A DNA stretch of 64,000 bases, taken from NCBI GenBank assembly GCA_965228895.1, contig OZ245842.1, positions 672,001-736,000 of the forward strand. Reading direction: 5' to 3'. The DNA is from Alphaproteobacteria bacterium (GTDB lineage Bacteria > Pseudomonadota > Alphaproteobacteria > SP197). Under the pieces are notes generated by a model that was not told the origin of the DNA, ran no database searches, and saw only the letters and a program-made list of their open reading frames with translations. The translations under genes were made by a program, and so were the position numbers. This document shows positions 20,037 to 28,970 of the stretch, in pieces (position 1 is the first letter of the stretch; every line of letters begins with the position of its first letter).

Positions 20037-20098
20037 GGATGCCTCCCCTTCGTCACGGTTGGCCCCGTGGGGGCCATGGTTTCCCATTTACGTCAAAC

Positions 20099-20108
20099 TG
20101 TGATCACA
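20099..20108. promoter_or_regulatory. Operator TGTGATCACA (site 3 of 4)
   Basis: Minus strand reads TGTGATCACAGTTTGAC upstream of the ABC-gntR operon. Confidence 0.75.
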
Positions 20109-20173
20109 CATTCTAGGCGCTTGCTGGAACGATTCAAGGCCGCTTGATCACCCGGCCTGCCCGTCGGAGCAAA

Positions 20174-21730
20174 TCACGCCCCGGTTCGCGCGATCTCCTC
20201 CTTGCGCTGCGCCATGTAGTCGCGCAGTTCTTCGTCGATCGCCGGGTCGAGGGCCGGCGGCTCATAATTTGCCAACAGCGATTTCCAGATGCTGTTGGCG
20301 CGCTTGGCGGTGTCTTCGGAACCGCGCTCTTTCCAGCTCTCGAAGTTGTCCCAGTCCGACAAAAGCGGTGCGTAGAACGCATTTTCGTAACGCGCCAGCG
20401 TATGAGCCGCGCCCAGGAAGTGGCCGCCGGGGTCAACCTCGGCAAACGCGGCGGCGCCTAGTTCGTCGGGGCTTGTAACGATCGGCACCAGGGTCTCGGC
20501 CATCATCTGCAGCATCTCGGCGTCCAGGATCAGTTTCTCGAACGAGCAGACGAGGCCGCCCTCGAGCCAGCCGGCGGCGTGCAGAACCAGATTCGTGTGG
20601 GCGAGAATGCAGCCCCATAACGACATGCCACTCTCATAAGCAGCTTGGCCGTCGACAGCCTTTGACGCGGTCGTGTTGCTGGAGCGAAAGGCGCAGCCGT
20701 AGCGGCGTGCCATCTGCGCCGTCGCCAGAGTCAGTTTGACGTATTCGGGTGTCCCGAATGCGGGCGCGCCGGTCTTCATGTCGACATTGGTGGCGAAGTG
20801 ACCGTAGATCACCGGCACGCCCCGTCGTACCGCCTGAACCAGCACGGCGCCCAGCAGAAATTCGGCGTTCTGCTGGACCAGCGTAGCGGCCAGGGTCGCC
20901 GGGCTCATGGCACCGGCCAGCGTGAACGGGGTCAGGCAAACCGGCTGTCCAAGCCGCGCCAGCTCTATCATGCCCTCGGCCATGGCGCCGTCCAGGACCA
21001 GCGGCGAGTTGGTGTTGACGCCCGACATGATGGTCGGTGTCGCGGCCAAGGTGTCGTGATCCATGCCCAAACCGATGCGCGTCATCTCGAAGACATCGCG
21101 GGCGCGCGGGCCGCTGTTGAGCCAGCAAGGATGCCATGACTTATCGGTCAACGTGATCTGCGCGTACATCATGTCCATGTGACGCGATTCCGGCGGCAGA
21201 TCGAGCGGTTCGAAACCGGCGCCGCCGTCGAAATGCAGAATATTGAGCGACTGGACCAGGCGCACGACATCGCACATCTCGCGATAGGTGCCGGCACGCC
21301 GGCCGTTGTCGAGATCGCTGACGAACGAGGGGCCGCAGACCGATGCGAAGGTGATGGCATCGCCGCCGACCTCGATCGACTTGGCGGGGTCGCGGGCGAT
21401 CGCCGTGTAACCGCCAGGCAGGCCGGTCATGGTTTCGTCGATCAGTGCGGGATCGAACCTGACCCGGCCGTCCTCGTCGTCGACGTCCGCTCCCAGGCAG
21501 CGCAGGTGATCGCGTGACGGCGGATCCAGCACGACCATGCCGACATCGCGCAGCAGGTCGAGCGAGGCGCGATGAATGTCCTCGATCTGGTCATCGCTCA
21601 AGATCGCGACCGGCGGATAGGGATTGCGGACGGTCTTGAACGGTATCTGCGCGATGGTGTCCTGGTCCTGGCGGCGCCGGTTGCGTCGATCACGGCCGCG
21701 CTGGCGGACTTTACCTGTCGATGCACCCAT
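20174..21730 (-). CDS. Trimethylamine methyltransferase (MttB) superfamily protein, non-pyrrolysine, alphaproteobacterial type
   Basis: NTNSPL..D, TPFTLAGAMSP, NVDMKTGAPAFGTPE, RSSN and HAAGWLEGGL..SFEK. Confidence 0.92.
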   Translation of the reverse strand: MGASTGKVRQRGRDRRNRRRQDQDTIAQIPFKTVRNPYPPVAILSDDQIEDIHRASLDLLRDVGMVVLDPPSRDHLRCLGADVDDEDGRVRFDPALIDETMTGLPGGYTAIARDPAKSIEVGGDAITFASVCGPSFVSDLDNGRRAGTYREMCDVVRLVQSLNILHFDGGAGFEPLDLPPESRHMDMMYAQITLTDKSWHPCWLNSGPRARDVFEMTRIGLGMDHDTLAATPTIMSGVNTNSPLVLDGAMAEGMIELARLGQPVCLTPFTLAGAMSPATLAATLVQQNAEFLLGAVLVQAVRRGVPVIYGHFATNVDMKTGAPAFGTPEYVKLTLATAQMARRYGCAFRSSNTTASKAVDGQAAYESGMSLWGCILAHTNLVLHAAGWLEGGLVCSFEKLILDAEMLQMMAETLVPIVTSPDELGAAAFAEVDPGGHFLGAAHTLARYENAFYAPLLSDWDNFESWKERGSEDTAKRANSIWKSLLANYEPPALDPAIDEELRDYMAQRKEEIARTGA

Positions 21731-21808
21731 GCTCCGCAGCTCCCAGATGGCCCCGGTCACCCGACCCTTTTCGAGGACTCGACACCTCACCAGCTTTGGC
21801 CGATGATG

Positions 21809-21824
21809 AACTGTGATCACAGTT
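21809..21824. promoter_or_regulatory. Operator palindrome AACTGTGATCACAGTT (site 4 of 4)
   Basis: Perfect 16-bp palindrome between divergent mttB and TMADH-like genes; minus-strand TTGAC just upstream. Confidence 0.8.
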
Positions 21825-21859
21825 GCCGTCAAGCGGTCTGGTGTGGCAATGGGGCTGCC

Positions 21860-23950
21860 ATGACATCGAGTTCACCTTCATCGACGTCGCGCGATCCGCG
21901 CTATGACATTCTGTTCGAACCGGTTCAGATCGGTCCGGTGACCGCGAAGAACCGTTTCTATCAGGTTCCTCATGCGACGGGCACCGGTTCGGCGATGCCG
22001 AACACCCGTGCCGGTATCCGCGAGGTAAAGGCCGAGGGCGGTTGGGCTGTCGTATGCACGGGCTATTGTTCCATCCATCCGACGTCGGACGACCGCCACT
22101 ATCCGTTTTCCAGCCTATGGAACGATGCCGATATCAACGCGCAGGCGGTCATGGTCGATGCGGTTCACCGCCATGGCGCGCTGGCCGGCGTCGAGCTGTG
22201 GCACGGCGGCGGCGTGGTCGCCAACAAGGTGACGCGTGAGTCGCCGATTTCGCCGTCCGGCCTTGGCGAGCCGGTCTGGGTGACCCACCCCATTCAGCCG
22301 CGCGCCATGGACAAGGCCGATATCGACGACCTGCTGACATGGCAGAAAGAAGCCGCCCTGCGGGCGCGCTCGGCCGGGTTCGATATCGTCTATGTCTACG
22401 CCGGCATGGGTTACCTGCCGTTCCAATTCCTGGTGTCGCGCTACAACAAACGCACGGACACCTATGGCGGTACGTTCGAGAACCGTGCCCGGCTGTTACG
22501 CGAGATGATCGAGGTGACGCGTGATGCGGTCGGTCCGGACTGCGCCGTCGCCGTTCGTTTGACCGCCGAGGAGAATATGGGCGCCCAAGGTTTTCGAGGC
22601 GAGGTCGAGGGCGAGGCGCTGCTCGACCTGATCGGCGACATGCCGGACCTGTGGGATGTCAAACTGGGGTTCACCGGCGATGGCGTGACCTCACGTTTTG
22701 CCGATGAGGCCTATCACGAGCCCTTCGTGCGCTACGTCAAGGCCAAGACCGGGAAGCCGGTTGTCGGTGTCGGCCGTTTTACATCGCCCGATACCATGGT
22801 GCGCCAGATCAAGAGTGGCGTGCTCGACCTGATCGGCGCGGCGCGGCCGTCGATCGCCGACCCGTTTCTGCCCCAGAAGATCGAACAGGGCCGGATCGAC
22901 GAGATCCGCGAGTGCATTGGCTGCAACGTCTGTGTCGCGACTTATGCGGAAGGCGTGCCGATCCGCTGTACCCAGAACCCGACCATGGGCGAGGAATGGC
23001 GACGCGGCTGGCATCCCGAACGGATCGCGACGCGCGGCAGCGACGACAGCGTGCTGGTGGTCGGGTCGGGGCCGGCAGGCCTGGAATGTGCGCGCGCGCT
23101 GGGCCAACGCGGCTATGACGTGACATTGGCCGAAGCAGGTGGTGAGCTCGGCGGACGCGTGACCAGGGAAAGCCGTCTGCCGGGCCTGGCCGCCTGGGCA
23201 CGCGTGCGCGACTGGCGGCTGGGCCGGCTCGACACCATGCCCGGCGTCGAGATCTATCGCGACAGCCGCCTGACCGCCGCGAATGTCGTGGAACTGGCGC
23301 CCCAGCGCGTTGTGCTGGCGACCGGCGCGCGTTGGAAGACGGAACTGCCTGAAGGTCTGGAAGGCGTGCCGGAGATCGCGTCCGGCATCACCGTCATGAC
23401 ACCCGATGATGTCATGGACGGTAGGGCGCCATCCGGCGACGTCCTCGTCCTGGATTTGGATCCCTACTACATGGGCGGCGTGATCGCCGAAAAATTGGCG
23501 CGTGACGGCCATGCTGTCCGCCTTGTCACGCCCAACACGGCGATCTCGCCATGGACGGCGCTGACCGAAGAACAGCATCGGATCATGGTTCGCCTGCTGG
23601 AACTCGGTGTCGATGTCGTCACGACCCATCATCTGCTGGGCCTCGACGGTGGCGGCGCTCGCATCGCGTCCGTGTACGACGGCAAGGTACAGGCGTTGCC
23701 TTGCGACACGCTGGTCCTCGTCGGCACCCGCGCACCGGTCGACGGATTGGCGCGCGCGTTGGAGGAACGCAGCGGCGATGTCGCGGCCGCGGGCATCCGT
23801 GACATCACGCGCATCGGTGATGTTTATGCCCCCGGCGCGATTGTCCACGCTGTCGCGTCAGGTCACCGCTATGCACGAGAACTGGATGCCAACGATCTCA
23901 CCGTACGCATCGAACCGGGTGGCGGCTCCTATGAAGCAAGGAGGGTGTGA
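21860..23950 (+). CDS. Trimethylamine/histamine dehydrogenase-like flavo-iron-sulfur oxidoreductase
   Basis: DILFEPVQIGP...NRFYQVPH, KAEGGW, AARPSIADPF and CIGCNVC...CTQN 4Fe-4S motif; EEWRRGWHPE. Confidence 0.9.
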   Translation: MTSSSPSSTSRDPRYDILFEPVQIGPVTAKNRFYQVPHATGTGSAMPNTRAGIREVKAEGGWAVVCTGYCSIHPTSDDRHYPFSSLWNDADINAQAVMVDAVHRHGALAGVELWHGGGVVANKVTRESPISPSGLGEPVWVTHPIQPRAMDKADIDDLLTWQKEAALRARSAGFDIVYVYAGMGYLPFQFLVSRYNKRTDTYGGTFENRARLLREMIEVTRDAVGPDCAVAVRLTAEENMGAQGFRGEVEGEALLDLIGDMPDLWDVKLGFTGDGVTSRFADEAYHEPFVRYVKAKTGKPVVGVGRFTSPDTMVRQIKSGVLDLIGAARPSIADPFLPQKIEQGRIDEIRECIGCNVCVATYAEGVPIRCTQNPTMGEEWRRGWHPERIATRGSDDSVLVVGSGPAGLECARALGQRGYDVTLAEAGGELGGRVTRESRLPGLAAWARVRDWRLGRLDTMPGVEIYRDSRLTAANVVELAPQRVVLATGARWKTELPEGLEGVPEIASGITVMTPDDVMDGRAPSGDVLVLDLDPYYMGGVIAEKLARDGHAVRLVTPNTAISPWTALTEEQHRIMVRLLELGVDVVTTHHLLGLDGGGARIASVYDGKVQALPCDTLVLVGTRAPVDGLARALEERSGDVAAAGIRDITRIGDVYAPGAIVHAVASGHRYARELDANDLTVRIEPGGGSYEARRV

Positions 23951-23953
23951 ACC

Positions 23954-25201
23954 GTGGCCTATGCTGACCCCTTCCATGTTGCCAAGAAAACGCCGGGTGC
24001 CGGACTCAAGGATTTCGAGCCGCAGATCGACATGCACCGCATGCGGCGCTACCGCCTTGACCGCGTGCGCCAGGAGCTGGCACGGCGCGATATCCCAGCC
24101 TGCGTACTCTATGACATGGCGAACATCCGTTATGCGACCGGCACCCGAAACATGGCGGTCTTCACCGGGCACTATCCGACACGTTATGTCTTCGTCGCCG
24201 CCGATGGACCGGTCATTCTGTTCGACAACGAATCAGGCCCGAGCCCGGCTGACTTCTCCGGTACCGTCGACGAGCTGCGACCCGCCAAACAGTGGTATTA
24301 CGAGGCTCATGGCGAACATGTCGCCGACGCGGCAAAAGCCTGGGCCGACGAGATCAACGATCTCTTGAGTCAGTTTGGCGGCGCCAGCCGCCGGCTCGCC
24401 GTCGATCGGCTGGGCGCCATGGGTTTCGTGCCGCTGGCCGCCCATGGCATCGAAATTTGTGACGGCCAGGCAGTGCTCGAACTGGCGCGGGTCATCAAGT
24501 CGCCCGATGAAATCGCCTGCATGTGCGTTTCGGTCGCGGTTTGCGAGATTGGCGTCGCCCGCATGCGCGAGGCCATGCGGCCCGGCATGTCGGAGCAGCA
24601 GCTCTGGTCTGTCATGGCCAACGTCAACAACGAGATGGGCGGCGAGTGGATGGAGACGCGGCTGCTGACGTCCGGCGGCCGCACCAATCCGTGGTATCAG
24701 GAATGCGGCGAGAAACTGATCAGGAGCGGCGAGCTTGTCGCCTTCGACACCGACATGATCGGGCCGTTCGGCTATTGCTGCGACATCTCCAGGACCTTCC
24801 TGTGCGGGCCGTCGAAACCGACCGATGAGCAGAAACGGCTCTACGGCTTGGCCCATGCGCAGGTCGAACACAACATCGCGCTTCTGAAACCCGGCGTAAC
24901 ATTCCGCGAACTCAGCGACCAAGGCTTCAAGGTGCCCGACGCGTTCTTAGCCAATCGCTATTCCTGTTTGATGCACGGTGTCGGCCTGGTCGACGAATAT
25001 CCGGACGTCGTCCATCCGCTCGATTGGCACGAATTCACCGCCGATGGTGTGATCGAGGAAGATATGGTCCTGAGTGTCGAAAGCTATATCGGCGAAATCG
25101 GTGGCTCCGAAGGCGTCAAGCTGGAAGAGCAGGTTCTGGTGACCGCCGATGGTGTCCAGCGCCTCTCCATGTTCCCCTTTGAGGACGACCTGCTGGCATG
25201 A
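23954..25201 (+). CDS. M24 metallopeptidase-fold protein, DddP (DMSP lyase)-like
   Basis: GGEWMETRLL.SG.RTNPWYQEC, FDTD, DISR, HGVGLVDEYP and VKLEEQ motifs. Confidence 0.85.
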   Translation: MAYADPFHVAKKTPGAGLKDFEPQIDMHRMRRYRLDRVRQELARRDIPACVLYDMANIRYATGTRNMAVFTGHYPTRYVFVAADGPVILFDNESGPSPADFSGTVDELRPAKQWYYEAHGEHVADAAKAWADEINDLLSQFGGASRRLAVDRLGAMGFVPLAAHGIEICDGQAVLELARVIKSPDEIACMCVSVAVCEIGVARMREAMRPGMSEQQLWSVMANVNNEMGGEWMETRLLTSGGRTNPWYQECGEKLIRSGELVAFDTDMIGPFGYCCDISRTFLCGPSKPTDEQKRLYGLAHAQVEHNIALLKPGVTFRELSDQGFKVPDAFLANRYSCLMHGVGLVDEYPDVVHPLDWHEFTADGVIEEDMVLSVESYIGEIGGSEGVKLEEQVLVTADGVQRLSMFPFEDDLLA

Positions 25202-25863
25202 CCTACCGCCTCTACCTCGCACCCAATACCTACGCCTTGACGGTCCAAGCGTTGCTCGAGGAACTGGCCGTGCCCCATGAGCTCGTCTGGGTCGGGATCT
25301 TCCAGGACACACCGGACCCGGTGCTCCAAGAGCGCAGCCCCCATCTCAGGGTTCCCGCGCTGGAAGGCGATGGTCTCGTCGTTGTCGAAACGGGTGCAAT
25401 CGCGCTCTATGTCGCCGAACGTCACGGTGACGGCGCGTTAGTGATCCCGCCAGGCGAACCCGACCGGGCGCGATTTCTGCAGTGGCTGCACTACCTGGCG
25501 AGTACGCTCCAGCCCGATGTCTTGATCCAGTTCCATCCGGAGTTCTATGCCGAGGACAAGCCGACGCAGGATCGGATCATGAAGGCGTCAATGGCGCGCC
25601 TGGAAGGTGTCTTCGATGTGCTCAATGACGCGCTTGATCCCGGCCCATATTTTTTTGGCGAGAGACTGACGGTGCTCGATTTTCTGTTCGGCATGCAGGC
25701 GACGTGGCCGGAAATCTATCCGCGCCCCATTGAGGCTTATCCCAACCTGCTGCGCCACCAACAGACCATGCTGGCACGCACGGCGGTGCGCCGAACGCTT
25801 GACATTCACGCCGCCAAACTGCGCGAGCAGGGGCGGTCATTGGAGCTGGCGCTGCCACTTTGA
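25198..25863 (+). CDS. Glutathione S-transferase family protein
   Basis: P..RVPAL, ETGAI..Y, FLQWL and YFFGE..T..D. Confidence 0.88.
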   Translation: MTYRLYLAPNTYALTVQALLEELAVPHELVWVGIFQDTPDPVLQERSPHLRVPALEGDGLVVVETGAIALYVAERHGDGALVIPPGEPDRARFLQWLHYLASTLQPDVLIQFHPEFYAEDKPTQDRIMKASMARLEGVFDVLNDALDPGPYFFGERLTVLDFLFGMQATWPEIYPRPIEAYPNLLRHQQTMLARTAVRRTLDIHAAKLREQGRSLELALPL

Positions 25864-25907
25864 CAAGACACCCCTGGCTGCGGCGCACAACGAGGGAGAG
25901 ACCCGCG

Positions 25908-27230
25908 ATGGCATCCAATCTGCGTTACACCGGCTATTACGAAACACAAGACGCCGGCATTGACGAGGAACTCGCGCGGGTCGGCCGTGGGACGCCATGC
26001 GGCGAATACATGCGCCGCTTCTGGCACCCCGTCGCCATGACGTCCCAGGTCAAGGACGTGCCGCTTCTGATCCGTCGCTTCGGCGAGGACCTCATCCTGT
26101 TCCGCGATAAGCAGGGACGTTATGGGCTGGTGCATCGCCACTGCCCCCATCGCAACGCGTCGCTGGAGTACGGCATCCCGACCGAATGTGGCATCCGTTG
26201 CTGCTATCACGGCTGGCACTTCGACGTCGACGGCACGTTGTTGGAAGCGCCCGCCGAGGCCGATGATACGAAAATCAGGCAGCAAGTGCGGCTGGGCGCC
26301 TATCCGGTGCGCGAGTACCGTGGCCTCGTCTTCGCCTATATGGGTCCGCCGGAGGAGGAGCCGGCGTTTCCGATCTACGATACCTTCGAGATTGAAGACG
26401 GCGAGCTCGTCCCTTACGAGGTCACGCAGCCCTGCAACTGGCTGCAGATCGCCGAGAACTCGTGCGATCCCATGCATGTCGTCTTCCTGCACACGCGCGT
26501 CAACATCGTGCAGTTCACCGAAAAACTGGGCTATTGGCCGGTCATGGACTGGCGCGAACGCCCGATCGGCCTGTTCTATACGAAGGCGCGGCGGGTCAAC
26601 GATTACATCTGGATCTCGACCAACGACGTCATCCTGCCGAACTTCACCCAGGCCGGCGCGGTCTATGAGAACACCGACGGTACCGAACCCAAATACTTCG
26701 GCCGCTGCTCGTTCACCCGCTGGGTCGTGCCGATCGACGACACGCATACGACAATTCTGGCCTACCGCCATTTCAACAAACGCGCAGAGACCGCGCGCGA
26801 CGAATGGCGGACGCCCGAGGCACTCGAGAAGATCGACATCGGCGAGTTGAGGAGCCGCCCCTACGAGGAACGCCAGCGCAACCCCGGCGACTACGAGGCG
26901 TTCGTCGGTCAGGGACCGATCTCACCGCACAAACGTGAGAACCTCGTGACATCCGACAAGGGTGTCGCGATGTACCGCCTGCGGCTGCGCAACGAGATCA
27001 AGAAACTCCAGGCCGGAGAGGCACCTCTTCAACCGGCGGCCTACGTCGATAACCCGATCCCGACCTATGGCAGCGACACGGTCATTCGCTTGCCGGAGTC
27101 AGACGACGACGAGGACGCGATTGCGGCGCTGCAACGCAAGGTCGGCGATGTCTACGAGTCGGCGGACAAGATCAAAGGAGAGGCCCGCTACGACTATCTC
27201 GCCGAACACCTCGCGCTGCTCAACACCTAG
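25908..27230 (+). CDS. Rieske non-heme iron oxygenase alpha subunit (phthalate dioxygenase/LigX-like)
   Basis: GTPCGEYMRRFWHP; Rieske CPH...CCYHGW; mononuclear iron EN..DP.H..FLH. Confidence 0.9.
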   Translation: MASNLRYTGYYETQDAGIDEELARVGRGTPCGEYMRRFWHPVAMTSQVKDVPLLIRRFGEDLILFRDKQGRYGLVHRHCPHRNASLEYGIPTECGIRCCYHGWHFDVDGTLLEAPAEADDTKIRQQVRLGAYPVREYRGLVFAYMGPPEEEPAFPIYDTFEIEDGELVPYEVTQPCNWLQIAENSCDPMHVVFLHTRVNIVQFTEKLGYWPVMDWRERPIGLFYTKARRVNDYIWISTNDVILPNFTQAGAVYENTDGTEPKYFGRCSFTRWVVPIDDTHTTILAYRHFNKRAETARDEWRTPEALEKIDIGELRSRPYEERQRNPGDYEAFVGQGPISPHKRENLVTSDKGVAMYRLRLRNEIKKLQAGEAPLQPAAYVDNPIPTYGSDTVIRLPESDDDEDAIAALQRKVGDVYESADKIKGEARYDYLAEHLALLNT

Positions 27231-27373
27231 GGCGTTTCGGTCTTCTCTAGCTCTTCGATCGGGATCGGGATCGCTAGGTTACAGGCGTGGACGCCCATGG
27301 CGGTGGTGAGCTGGATTGTCTCCGGGATTTCTTCCTTGGTCGCGCCAGCCTTCGAGGCGTTCCGCATGTGGCG
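27227..27373 (-). pseudogene. C-terminal remnant of a carboxymuconolactone decarboxylase (CMD) family gene
   Basis: Manual translation RHMRNASKAGATKEEIPETIQLTTAMGVHACNLAIPIPIEELEKTETP* fits the CMD GAT.EEI motif; upstream frame loses similarity and then hits a stop. Confidence 0.65.
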
Positions 27374-27486
27374 AAGACGAACTATTTCCACAAACAGTGA
27401 CGGATGTCCGCACGGTCCGCGCTTGTAGAGTCAAACAGACCGGCGCGACTGCGGCCATCAACCTGCTCCAGATTTGAACGCCCTCA

Positions 27487-27556
27487 TGACGGTCACCGCC
27501 TGACCGTCAACATCATGCGCTGCTCAAACTGTATACATTATACATCATACTGTACA
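27487..27556. promoter_or_regulatory. Promoter region with a 9-bp inverted repeat and a TGTATACA box
   Basis: TGACGGTCA-N5-TGACCGTCA at 27487-27509; TGTATACA at 27530-27537 followed by TATACA and TGTACA. Confidence 0.55.
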
Positions 27557-27665
27557 AGACCGAGAAAGTGGTTCAAGGTTGGGGAGAGCTTGGCCGCGCC
27601 GACCTGCGTGGCTTGGCGACAAACGGTCGGTCGGACAAACGGCCGCTCACGAGGGGAGATCAGTC

Positions 27666-28775
27666 ATGAAACAGAGTGGGAAGCAGATGTTTGCCCGTAC
27701 GGATCGGCGATCCATGCTTGGCGCAATGGCGGCCGCCGGGGTCGTGCCGGTCGTGGCAGGCGGGTTGGCGCAGACGGCGAAGGCGGCAAGCGACCTTGTT
27801 GTCTTTGACTGGACGGGCTACGAGATTCCGGAGCTGCACCAGGAGTATATTGAGAAGTACGGTACGTCGCCGGACGTCGCCGTCTATGCCGATGTGCACG
27901 AGGCCTTCAACAAGATCCAGGCGGGATTCCGTTGCGACATCGTGCATCCGAACATCTGGGACGTCAGGCGCTTCTACGATGCCGGCCTGTTGCAGCCATG
28001 GGATACGTCGCGGCTGGATCACTGGGGCGATGTCTTCCCGCAGTTCCCGACCATGGCTGGCGCACAGTACGATGGCGAACAGTATCTGATCCCGACTGAT
28101 TGGGGCATCAACGCCTTGATCGTTCGTTCCGACCTTGTCGATCTCGAATCCGCCGAGCCGAGCTGGACCATGCTGTGGGACAGCCAATACGCCGGGCGCC
28201 TTTCGATGAACGCGGAGATGGAAGCGGCGGTCAAGACAACAGCGCTCATCCTGGGCATCGATGACCCATACAACGCGACCGAGGATGAGGTCGCCGCGAT
28301 CCGTGACAAACTGGCTGAACAGCGCGAACTCATCCGGTTCTATTGGTCGGATCCCACCGAGCTTTCACAGGCCATTGCCGCCGGCGAGGTCGTTGCCGCC
28401 TGGGCCTGGCCCCAAGTCTACGGCGATTTGCTGAAGGAAGGCGTTCCCGTCGCCTATCTGACGCCGAAGGAGGGTGTCAACAGCTGGGCCACCGGCTTTG
28501 TTCGTCTTGCCGAGGCGCCGGGCAAGGAGCAGAACGCCTATGACTATGTGGACGCGTGGTTAGCGCCGGGAACCGGCAAGTGGCTGATTGAGAATTATGG
28601 TTACGGCCACACCAATCGGAAGTCCTTCGAAATGGTCTCGCCAGAGGTTTTGGACGAAAAGGGTCTTGCCGATCCCGACGCGATGATCGCCGGCGCCCGT
28701 GCCGGATCCGAGTTCGAACCTCAACTGCGCGACCAACTGGTCAATATGTATGAAGAGATCAAGGCCGGGTTCTGA
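27666..28775 (+). CDS. PotD/PotF-like ABC solute-binding protein, Tat leader, no adjacent permease
   Basis: DRRSML leader; FDWTGY, GEVVAAWAW and PKEG..SW; GAGGGGAG RBS. Confidence 0.85.
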   Translation: MKQSGKQMFARTDRRSMLGAMAAAGVVPVVAGGLAQTAKAASDLVVFDWTGYEIPELHQEYIEKYGTSPDVAVYADVHEAFNKIQAGFRCDIVHPNIWDVRRFYDAGLLQPWDTSRLDHWGDVFPQFPTMAGAQYDGEQYLIPTDWGINALIVRSDLVDLESAEPSWTMLWDSQYAGRLSMNAEMEAAVKTTALILGIDDPYNATEDEVAAIRDKLAEQRELIRFYWSDPTELSQAIAAGEVVAAWAWPQVYGDLLKEGVPVAYLTPKEGVNSWATGFVRLAEAPGKEQNAYDYVDAWLAPGTGKWLIENYGYGHTNRKSFEMVSPEVLDEKGLADPDAMIAGARAGSEFEPQLRDQLVNMYEEIKAGF

Positions 28776-28866
28776 TAGCGCCTGACGTTTCCATGGGTGA
28801 ACCACACAGTCAGCGCGCCGTGCAATTGCAATCTAGGTCAAGGAACTTGTACTCGGTTTTGCACTC

Positions 28867-28874
28867 TGTATACA
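28867..28874. promoter_or_regulatory. TGTATACA box upstream of the second gntR
   Basis: Same 8-bp palindrome as 27530; GntR-like GT..AC core. Confidence 0.5.
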
Positions 28875-28970
28875 TCGGCCCGACGTTTGAGGCGCCGCCT
28901 GCCCCTGTTGCAGTCGGCGCCTCAACGGTGGCCAGGGCCAACCGTTGGGGGTTTCGTGAGCAGATCTGAT

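Noticed and set aside
5898-21730. Pyrrolysine recoding in the mttB genes
   Set aside because: Both ORFs are uninterrupted with no in-frame TAG, and no pyl genes are present
21572-21859. 96-aa N-terminal extension of the TMADH-like ORF
   Set aside because: It overlaps the divergent mttB and the operator; family similarity begins after ATG 21860
23954-25201. Assigning the symbol dddP
   Set aside because: Pocket residues and N-terminus differ from recalled DddP, and there are no acrylate-catabolism neighbours
27257-27273. GATCGG tandem microrepeat
   Set aside because: Under three units and explained by the Ile-Pro codons of the CMD remnant
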